This document shows, one piece after another, positions 53,705 to 64,000 of a DNA stretch of 64,000 nt (positions are counted from its first letter, which is position 1; every line of letters begins with the position of its first letter). The notes below the pieces were generated by a model, which saw only the letters and a list, made by a program, of their open reading frames with translations, had not been told where the DNA came from and did no database searches. The DNA comes from Camelus dromedarius (taxonomy: Eukaryota): assembly GCF_036321535.1 (NCBI RefSeq), contig NC_087436.1, positions 33,668,001 through 33,732,000 of the forward strand, in the 5' to 3' direction. A program made the position numbers and the translations under genes.

Positions 53705-53890
53705 GCATAATGCAGCAGAGAGAGACATACACAGGGACTTCTGTTCAAATCCTTAATTTGGATTGCCATCTTTAAAATTTGGAGTAAATCCATCAGGAAA
53801 CTTTGACTTCATTTTCCTTGTCTTTTTAAGGGACTAATAATATGCCCAGTTCTTAGTACAGAGTGTTTAGGAGAATCAGTAAGAATATAG
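53705..53890 (+). mobile_element. MIR SINE
   Basis: GTTCAAATCCT...CTTCATTTTCCTTGTCT...GGGACTAATAATATGCC degenerate MIR core. Confidence 0.55.
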
Positions 53891-55450
53891 GAAAATTATT
53901 ATATATTGTTTTGAAAGTCTCAAAGACAATCACTATAGCTATTTCTGGTTTTGCCAAGACATTTACTATCTCCTTTTAGAATGTCACTGTCTAATATCTG
54001 CTCTCCATCTTTCCATACTATGCATTTGCACATAAATTCATTATACTGAAATGGATAAGAGCACGGATTATGAGATAGGATTCTTAACCTGATCAGAGAA
54101 TATCATTAGTGGTCAAACACCAGTGTTGGCTGGTTTGCTGAGGAGGTTTGTCCCTCTAACAGAGTGGCTATGTCTCATGCTCTGTGTGTAATAAACTGTG
54201 CTCTTTGCTTACATTAAAAAAAAAAAACTTATTTCTTCTGCATGTGTTTGCTGGTTATCATTCTCATTAGTTTCATTAATTGTTAATCCTAATGTGGCGC
54301 TATAAATACCCCTCAAAAAATTCACACATTACTCCATTACCAAGAATTAATTCTTTCATACTAATTTTTGCATCATGTGCTTAGCATTCATCTTGGAAAT
54401 ACTAGAACACTGTTTTGTGGTCATGGGGAATTCAGCAGGCAATTTATGATGGAAAAACAGGGATTCATTAAATTTTAATTATAGGACAATTTCTGTACAG
54501 AACACAACGTGTCCAAGAACTTCCAGTTTTCACTCTAATTTGTAACAAAGTTGAAAGTTGCCTTTCCCATTCTCACAATAACACAAAAAGGCAAACAAAC
54601 TGAAAAACAATTCTTCCTAAAATCATCACAGAATTGAGGACACCAGACAAAGTACTTCCAAGAAACATGAAGACGGAAATAGATTCAGAGAATCAGAGTT
54701 TATGGAGTGTAGAGACCAGGGAGCAGAAGTTCACCTCTGGAGCCAGCACAATAGGAACACCTGAACTGTAATGGATGAATGGCTGGAGGTTCAATGTGGA
54801 TTAACTTGAAAGTTAAAATATCTCCAGTGATGAGAGTGAATCTTAGGTGGGTCCCCCAAGCTTTCAATAATTTAACCCCCAGAAGCTCACCACTTGTTAC
54901 AGTGAAGAACTAAGGTACATTTACTTATGCTTCCGGCTGACTGAGATGAAAAGTAACCATTATGAAATACACCCAGAGCACTCTGTGCTACCTTCTGCTC
55001 TCTGATAAATGGCCGGTCTTCAAGGGAAATTACTTGATCAAAGCCCTATATGACATGGGAAATAGCAATTAGCCAACTCCAGTCCCTCCAGCCTTCCTGT
55101 CCCACAAAGGGGAGTTAAAAAGAGGAGGAGGGAGCCAGAGCATTCCTCTGAAAATCACAGCCATGGACTCTGATCCACCAAAATAACAAACACACACACA
55201 AAATGAAAAATTTTAAAAAAGCAAACAGATTTTATCACAAGATAAAACACTTCTCTATATCTGTCATCCCACCAAAGAACTCCAGGTTAATAATGATGTT
55301 ACAATTGAGAATGCTACAAGACAGACTCCGTTTAAGAAAGAATTTCTAGGGAAACCCAAAGACGGCTAGGTGGAAAAAACTCAAGGACACTACAGGAAAC
55401 TGAATTCTCTGATACTTACATTTACAGGAAATATTTAACTCTTAGTCAAA

Positions 55451-55800
55451 TGTTATAGATTGAATTGTACCCCTCCTAAATTTATGTTTTAGTCATAATA
55501 CCCAGTCTGACTGTATTTGGAGATAAGGGGGTTTTAAAGAGGAAAGTAAGGTAATGGGGTCATAAGGATGGACCCTTAATCCCTTATCAGAGGAAGAAAC
55601 ACCAGGCATGCACACACAAGGAAAGGCCCTGTGAAGAACAGGGATAGGTCAGTCGCATGGAAGCCAAAGAGAGGTCTCAGGAGATACCAAACCTGCAAAC
55701 ATCTTGATCTAGGACTTCAGCCTCCAGAGCTGTGAGAAACAACAATTTAATCCTATTGATTTGTGGTATTTTGTTATGGCTGCCATAAAAGACTAATATA
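55451..55800 (+). mobile_element. Solo MaLR LTR (MLT1A/B-like) inserted in L1 5' region
   Basis: TGTTATAGATTGAATTGTACCCC...GTATTTGGAGATAAGG...CATCTTGATCTAGGACTTCAGCCTCCAGAGCTGTGAGA...TTTGTTATGGCTGCC...ACTAATATA. Confidence 0.9.
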
Positions 55801-58124
55801 CCAGATACACATAAAAATCTTACACTAAAGGCTTATTTTTATTGGCTCCTATTACCTGATGCATTATGTCCAGCTTCCAACAAAAAAATGGCAAGGTATG
55901 CTAAAAGACAAGAAAAGACATCTGAAAAGACAAAGTAAAATAATAAACAGACTCAGATATGACAGAGAACTTGGAACTATCAGACTGGGTATTTAAAATA
56001 TGATTAATATGCTAAGGTAATAGAAAAATGGACAAAAATAAAAGAACGTATGGGTAAAAGCATGAAGAGATATTGAAGTTTTGAGAATTGAAAGGAAATT
56101 CTGGAAATCACAAGCACTATAACAGAAATGAAGAACGCCTTTGATGGAATCACCAGCAGACTAGACACAGCTGAGAAAAGAATAAGTGCACCTGAAGTCA
56201 ATAGAAACTTCCAAAACCAAAATGCAAAAAGAAAAAAAAAAAAAACTTTAGAGGAATAAAATATCCAAAAACTATGGGACAATCACAGAAGGTATGTCAT
56301 ATACATAATGGAATTCCACAAGTAGAAGAAAAAGAAAGAGCAGAATACTTGAAATAATAGTGACTTGAGCGTTTTCCACCATTATTGACAGACACAAAAT
56401 CACAATGTAAGAAGCTCAGAGAACACCAAGTCGGATAAATTCTAAACACTGACATATAGGAATAGTATATCTTAACTGCAGGAAACCACAGACAAAGAGA
56501 AAAACTTGAAAGAAACCAGGGAGGAGTGGAAGTGGCTGTTTGGGGGAAAAACCTTGTCTATAGAGAAGAAAGAATAAGAATTAAATTAGACTTCTCTTCA
56601 CAAACTATGTGAGCATGAAGAAAGTGAAATATTTCAATATTAGAAGAAAAAACACAAAATATTGTATCCAGGAAAATTATCCTTCAGAAGTGAAGGAGAA
56701 ATAAAGACTTTCTCAGACACACAAAAAAAGGAAGGAACATTAATTGTAAGTAGACTTACCTTGTAAGAAATGTTAAAATGAGTTTTTAGGAGAGAATTAA
56801 TATAACGTAAGTCAGAAACTTTCATCTACATAATGAAAGGACAAGAATGTGGAAAGGAACAAATGAAATTGAAACAAAATCTTTTCTTTTTCTTACTTTT
56901 AATTGACTTACTAGAAAACTTTCCAAAAAAAATAATAGCAGCAGTCTTATTGGCAAAATAGAGGAGTAAGATGAATGCCCACTGGATTATAAGATATGGG
57001 AGGGAGGAAATGGGAGTACTCTGCCAGGAGATACTTGCACTGTCTGAGAAGTGGTATAGTGTTATTTGAAATTAGCTGTAAATGTATACTGCAAAGCCTA
57101 AGGCAACCACTAAAAATTTTAATAACTATAATTAGTATGCGAAGAGGAGTAACGTGGAATCATAAATTCAGTTACACCAGAGAAAGTAGAAAAAGAGTAA
57201 AAGACTTAAAAGACAGAAAATATAAAACAGTAAAAAAAAAAAAGATGGTAAGATTAATATCAATCCAACAATATCAATAATCATCTTAAACTTTACATTT
57301 AAAGCAATTATTGATATACTTCAATAAATACACTAGTCTAAATACAGCAATAAAATACAGAGAACGACAATGTGGGTTAAAAAAAACAACACAACTATTG
57401 ATACCTGCAAGAAACTCACTTTAAATATAAAGACAAAGTAAAAGTGAAAGGGGATGGAGAAAGATACAGTAGATAATACAAATCAAAAGAAATTGGAGTA
57501 GCTACATTAATTTCAGACAAAACTAACTTCAGAACAAGAAAATTTATGAGGGAATAAAGATGGGCATTGCATTGTGATAAATGGGTTAGTTGTACAAGAA
57601 GACATAAAAACATTTAATGTGTATGTACCTAGTAACAGGACATCAAAATATATGAAGCAAAAGTAGTAAGTTTGCAAAAAGAAACCCACTACTTCTGAGA
57701 CTTAAACACAATTCTATCAATTGACAAGGATCAGGTATTAGTAAGGACAAAGTTCAACTGAACAGCATAATTAATCAATGGAATCGAACATTTATAAAAT
57801 ACTATACTGAACAATGGTAAAATACACATATTTATAAAATACTACATTGAACAATGGTAAAATACACATTTTTTCTCATATGGAATATTCACAAGATAAA
57901 CCACATTCTGTGCCAACATCCTTAATAGAAAAGAAATCATACAAACTATGTTCACACAGACCACAGTGAAATTAAACTGGAAATCAGTAACATAAAGACT
58001 GCTGGAAAATCGTAAAATATTTGATTAAACACCACACTTCTAAATAACACATGGACCCAAGAAGATGTCTCAAAATTTTTTTTTGAAGTGAATGAAAACA
58101 AAATACAACTTATAAAAATATGTG

Positions 58125-59020
58125 CATTTGCAAGTGATGTGACCAACAGGGATTAATATCCAAAATACACAAACAACTCATATAACTCAACAAAAACCCA
58201 ATCAAAAAATGAGCAGAAGACCTAAGTAGACATTTCTTCAAAGAAGACATACAGATGCCCAACAGGCACATGAAAGATGCTCAACATCACTAATTATTAG
58301 AGAAATGCAAAACATAACTACAATGAGGTATCACCTCACACTGGTCAGAATGGCCTTCATCAAAACAACTACTAAATGCGGAAGAGAATGCAGAGGAAAG
58401 GGAACCTTCCTACACTGGTAGTGGGAGTGTAAATTGGTGCAGCCACTGTGGAACACAGTATAGAGGTTCATTAAAAAATTAAAAATATAGCTGTCATATG
58501 ATCTATCAATTCCATTCCTGGGTATATATCTGGAAAAGATGAAAACTAATTCGAAAAGATGCATGTACCTCAATGTTCATAGCAGCACTATTTAAAATAG
58601 CCAAGATATAAAAGCAACCCAAATGTCCATCGATAGGTGAATGAATAAAGATGTAGTACATATGGAATATTACTCAGCCATAAAAAGAAAATATAATGCC
58701 ATTTGCAGCAACATGGATGGACCTAGAGATTATCATATTACGTAAGTCAGAAAGAGAAAGACGAATACCATATGATATCACTTATATGTGGAATCTAAAA
58801 TACGGTACAAATGAACCTACAAAAACAGAAACAGACTCAAACATAGAAAACAAACTTTTTGTTTGCCAAAGGGGGAAGGTGGGAGGAGGGGGGATATATT
58901 AAGATTTGGGGATTAGCAGATACAAACTACTACATATAAAACAGATAAATGGCAATATCCTACTGTGCAGTATAGGGAACTATATTCAATATCTCATAAT
59001 AAATTATAATGGAAAAGAAA
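58125..59020 (+). mobile_element. Younger 5'-truncated L1 nested in old L1, 3'UTR ends early
   Basis: Peptide MPFAATWMDLEIIILRKSE. Degenerate TSD AAAAATATGTG (58114-58124) / AAAAATGAGTG (59021-59031). Host ORF2 resumes collinearly. Confidence 0.92.
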
Positions 59021-59326
59021 AAAAATGAGTGGAATGAAATAACTACAGTGCCTTTTAAAGGTAAATTTATATAACTGCATATAAATATATACATAGAAAA
59101 GAAGGAAGATCTAACATCAATAATCTTTTACTTTAGGAAACTTGAAAATGAAGAGCAATATAAACCTGAACTGATCAGAAGGGAAGAAGTAATAATTACA
59201 GCAGAAATTAATGAAACTGAAAGCAGGATTAACAGAAGAAAAAAAATGAAACCAAGATCTGCTTCTTAGGAAGATCAATAGAACTGACAAGTTGCTAGCC
59301 AGGCTTAAAAAGAAAGAGAGAGGGAG

Positions 59327-59356
59327 AGAAAGGGAGGGAGAGAGGGAAAGAGAGAG
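59327..59356. repeat. GA-rich low-complexity tract
   Basis: aaaaagaaagagagagggagagaaagggagggagagagggaaagagagag. Confidence 0.8.
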
Positions 59357-62300
59357 CATGCACGTGACAGTGAGCGCAAGCACGTAAATAAGGGACCACC
59401 ATGATTGAGCCCATGAACATTAAAAGGACCATAACAGAGTACTGAGAAAATCTATGCTCATAAATTTAATAATGTAGATAAAATGGACCAATCCCTTGAA
59501 ACACAATCTACCAAAACTCAAACAAGGAGAAATAGAAAATCTGAATATGCCAGTGTATATCAAAGAAATTTAATCAATATGATAACCTTCCAAAACAGAA
59601 AGCACCAGGGCCAGATGGTTTCACTGGTGAATTTTACCAAACATTTAAGGAAGAAATTATACCAGTTTTATAAGTCAGTTCCAGAAAATAGAAACAGAGG
59701 AAACACTTAACTCATTCTATGAAGCCAGCATTACAATACCAAAATAATACAAGGATATTACAAGGAAGAAAAAATATACATGGTTTTTCTCTGCCATAAA
59801 CATACACATAAAAATACTAGCAAATCAATTCCACCAATATAGAAATAGAATTATAATTTCAATCAAGTGGGATTTATTCCAGGTATGTAAGCCTGGTTAA
59901 ACTTTAAAAAATCAATGTAATCCATCATATCAACAGGCTAAAAATGAATTGTATGATTACATTATAGATTCAGAAAAATAATTTGACAAAATTCAACACT
60001 CATTCATGACAAAAACTGTCAGCAAACTAAGAATAGAGGGAAATGTCCTCAACTTGAAAAATAACATCTCCAAAAAATCTACAACTAGAGTCATAATTAA
60101 TGGTGAGAAAACAGATGTTTTCCCTTAAAGACCTGGAAAAAAGCAAACCTGTTTCAACACAGCACGCCTATTCAACATCGTACTAGAGGTCTTAGCCAAT
60201 GCAACAATATACTACAAGTAACTAAAAGTTTAGAATACATATTGGAAAGGAGTTAAAAAAAAAAAAAACTGCCCTGTTCACAAATGGCAAAATTGTTAAT
60301 TCAAAAAAATTTCAAACATTGACCAAAACCCTCCTATAAATAAGTTATTAAACAAGGTTGCAAAATAGAAAAATATGCAAAAAGTCCATTGTTGCCTTAT
60401 AACATCAGTAATGAACTGAAATTGGAAATTAACTACACATCACCAACATCACCAAAAATAATGAAATACGTGAATATCAATCTAACAAAGGTGTTTAAGA
60501 TCTGTATTAATATAACTACAAAACTATGATGAAAGAAATTAAAGAATCTAAATAGATAATCCACGTTCCTTGATGGGAAGACACTTTTTAAGATGTCACA
60601 TCTTCCCACTTGACCTATAGATTCAACACAACCCCCATCAAAATCCAAGGAAATCATTCTATGAGTATGTACAGATTGATTCTTCGGTTTCTATGGAAAG
60701 ACAAAAGACCACAGATAACCAGCATAATCCTGCAAAGGAACAAAGCTTAAGAGATGACCTCACAAACTTCAAAATTTGCTATAAAGCTATAGTGATCAAG
60801 ATACTGTGGTACTGGTGAAAAAACAAACAAAGAAGGAAAACACAAAACTATAAAATATAGGGTAAAATCAAATGTGACATCGGAATTGGCTACTAGTTAC
60901 AGATACATTGATCCATGAAAGAAAAAACTTCATGTTTTGGATATGATTAAATTTAGAACTGCTCTGTGAAACTCTCCACCAATAAAATAAAAAGATTAAC
61001 TCTAGACTGAGAAAATATTTGCAAAACACATAGATGATAAAGAGCTTATATTCAAAATATGAAAAGAACACTTAAAACTGAAAAAAAAAACAATTTAAAA
61101 ATGGGAGAGAAATCAGTACAGACACCTCACCAAAGATGACATACATATATCAAATAATCATATTAAATGCTCAACATTGTATGTTATTAGGGAATTTCAA
61201 ATTAAAATAAGGTGATTTTGAAATGACTAAAATCCATTCAAACCCTCACTTATTCCTAGTGGGAATGAAACAATCCTACAGCCACTTTGGGAGACATTTT
61301 GGCAGTTTCCTAGAAAACTAAGTGTAGTCTCACCATATGATCCTGCATTTGTGATCTTAGGTATGTGTTCAAATGAGCTGGAAACACAAAAATTTGCACA
61401 GGAATGCTTACAGCAGTTTTATTCATAGCTGCCAAATAGAAGCAACTAAAATATCTTTCAATAGGTGAATCGAATTCTACTACATCCATACAATGGAATA
61501 TTATTCAGCATTAAAAAGAAATAAGCTATCAAGCAACAAAAAGACATGGAGAAAACTTAAGTGCATATTTCTTAGAGAAAGCAGTCAGTCTTTAAAGGGT
61601 ACATACTATTATTCCAACTATATCACATTCTAGGAAAAGTAAACTTTTAGGGACGGTAGAAATACTAGTGTTTGCCAGGGGGTGTTGGTGGGAAGGATGG
61701 ATAGGCAGAACGCAAGGAGTTAGGTCAGTGAAACTACACTAGATGGTATCATAATGATGGATACATGTCATTATGCATTTGTAAAAGCCCATAGAACATA
61801 CACCACCAAGGGTGAACCCTGATGTAAACTATGAACTTCAGTGAATAATCATGTATCAATATTGGTCCCTCAGTTCTAACAAATACACAACACTAACACA
61901 AAATGTTAACAATGGGGAAGCTGTGGGAGGGAGAGGAAAAGGGAGAGTATGTGAACTCTCCTATCTGTTAAATTTTTTAAAATTGAAAATGGCATCAAAA
62001 ATTCTACTAAATTAAAAACAAAAGTAGAAGTATTCCAGGCAGGAGGGCTAGAAGGACCTAAGGCAGGTAAAGTTAGCGGGAAAAATCAATTACCTGAAAT
62101 AGCACGACCAAACACAGACTAAGGGGAAGGGAGAGTTTGGAGACCAGGAAAGAAGAATTAACCTTCCTGCAAGTGAAGAGTGATTGCGAATTATAACATC
62201 TGTATTTCACGTGTTACCTCATATAACTATCCCCAAACTCCTCTGACAGAGTATTTCTGATTTCTTAGTTAATTCAACTAAGCTAATACCAGTTAATTTG

Positions 62301-62499
62301 TCCAAACCACCTAAATATTCAGTGAAGACAGAACTTACTCTATGTCCTCCTACTAACAGTCATACAAAAACAGGCGAGTAGAAAAGGGGTGTATTTTCTA
62401 CTGAGAAATACACAAACACGTGTGTGTTGAAGTGAATATTCATGTGTGTGTGTACTGTACATCTTTCTAGGGGAAGAAAAGCAATAAACCTGTTTCTTC

Positions 62500-62980
62500 C
62501 TTGAAAAAAGTCCCCTGATCGGCTCTTACTGATTTACTCTCCTGTACTGGAAGAGACTAAGGTGCCTTACTGGGCCTAAACGGGAGGTACTTGGATAATG
62601 TTAAAACAGTTTGTGTAAAAAAAGGATCAGAAATTTTGTCTCTTCAGTCAGCAACGCTGGGGAGAAGGGCAAGGAATCCAGGGCACAGAAAACAGTTGAG
62701 TGGGCCTGTAATGAGTGCTTGAAAGAGCCTGGGTGTGGTCCGGCACAGAACACACTGTTAGGAAGCGGAGGTCACAGGAAAGGCAATCACACCAGCAGTT
62801 TCCGAGGCCTGAATCAAGTGTAACCCTCCGCATGAGAACACGGGTGGGATTTGCAGAGGAGGTGGGAACTCTGGGCACACCACAGAAAGTGGTGGAGGCG
62901 CCAGCTATTTAATTCTGATGTTAAAGTAATGGTTATGGACAGAAGATGGGAGAATTCAGGGCCATCCGCGTGGCATACTC
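62500..62980. promoter_or_regulatory. Possible regulatory element (CpG-retaining unique patch)
   Basis: 11 CpGs counted in 62520-62970, GC-richer than surroundings, no repeat recognised. Not a full CpG island. Confidence 0.3.
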
Positions 62981-64000
62981 TTGACTTCCAAATTTACTGA
63001 AAGTGTATTAATTTTATCTGCTGTAAGATCTACAGAAACATTTCCTTCAGCAATTTTCAAATAACCCAAAGGTTTTCATTCACCTTTCAGTAACAGTGTT
63101 TTATAAACATCTCTGAAAACATACAAAGGGAGTGGATTTAAAGTATTGTACTAAACTCATATATAACCATGAAAAATATCTTTCTTTTCTGTTACCTTGC
63201 ATAATACATTGAGAATGTAACTATATAGGACACAGATTCTTATTGATTTGTTCACTGCTGTATTTGCACCAAGGAGTTGTTACATAAACATTCAACAAAT
63301 GTTATGTGTTAGGTTGCTTCTCTTTGTGAACTCTGTATTCTTGAGTATCGCTTCAAAGAAACACAATTTATTAGCAAGGTCAATTTTTATTTCTCACTGA
63401 AGCTCTAATTTCTGATGCAGGGACTAAAAATTGAAGCCATTTCTTATTAGCTCATATCAATTGAAAAGATCCAAATCAAAATGGAGCTGATATATTTGTT
63501 AACAAATCAGAAGGCAGACTGGAGTTAATCACAACCCCTCTACAGCTGTACTGTTTTACACTTTACCACATGTTCAAAACTACTTTTGTTGAAAAGAGTC
63601 AAAAGAGAAAGTATTTTAAAAATCAGAAATGGGGATTTTACAACTCAACATACAATGAAACACATGTGCTGGCTAAAAGGTTCCATTTTATCTCATCATT
63701 TTAACTCCTGTGATCACACTGAACATGAAATGAATCAGGTACTTCAGTATCTTGCTCGATGGTTACCTAATAATGTCTCTAATTTTCTTAAAATTACTTT
63801 GAGAGGAAAATGTTTGCAAATACAAATTACTGAGACTGAAAGACATTTTCTTTCTTCTTCATTCGAACATGGTAAGGCACAATTCAGTTGAAGGTTGGTA
63901 AGGCAATACCAGATGGTGAGAAGCCAGAGAAATTCTATGGTAAGATTTGACTTCTCCACAATTATTTCCTAAGTACTAATGATACTTCACACATGTGCAG

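Larger units (their letters stand above)
54560..62020 (+). mobile_element. Near full-length old LINE-1 (L1MC-like 3' end) with nested LTR and younger L1
   Basis: 5' region, ORF1 remnant (~55900-56790; ATTGTATCCAGGAAAATTATCCTTCAGAAGTGAAGGAGAAATAAAGAC), ORF2 remnant from ~57250, 3'UTR GGGTGAACCCTGATGTAAACTATGAACTT... Confidence 0.88.

Noticed and set aside
63586..63891. 101-aa ORF with a GGTAAG donor-like site near its end
   Set aside because: Non-ATG start, no convincing acceptor and no recognisable protein similarity.
1..64000. CRISPR array, operon or other prokaryote-type system
   Set aside because: The sequence is mammalian repeat-rich DNA. There is no repeat-spacer array or dense gene cluster, and the direct repeats are TSDs or two-copy tandem duplications.

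Overview
AT-rich, CpG-depleted mammalian genomic DNA, intergenic or deep-intronic in character. It is dominated by interspersed repeats: many LINE-1 copies of different ages (often nested), ancient L2 and MIR, MaLR (MLT1-type) LTRs, hAT MITE relics (MER5- and MER58-like) and microsatellites. One tRNA-derived SINE resembles the camelid Vic-1 type, suggesting a camel/llama/alpaca genome (recalled from memory, not from a search). I recognise no intact protein-coding gene. The ORF-track entries are L1 fragments or look like chance ORFs. The most notable structures are: (1) two TSD-bounded elements of about 2.5-2.7 kb (16230-18702, 39967-42712) with a related L1 5'UTR and ORF1 but almost no sense ORF2, i.e. 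a half-L1/HAL1-like architecture, one with a 3' part built from scrambled inverted ORF2 pieces; (2) two fold-back hairpins inside L1 sequence; (3) a SINE lacking its B-box hairpin; (4) a CpG-retaining unique patch near 62.5-63 kb; (5) weak exon-like segments on both strands that I cannot assign to a gene. Repeat subfamily names and boundaries are by-eye estimates.
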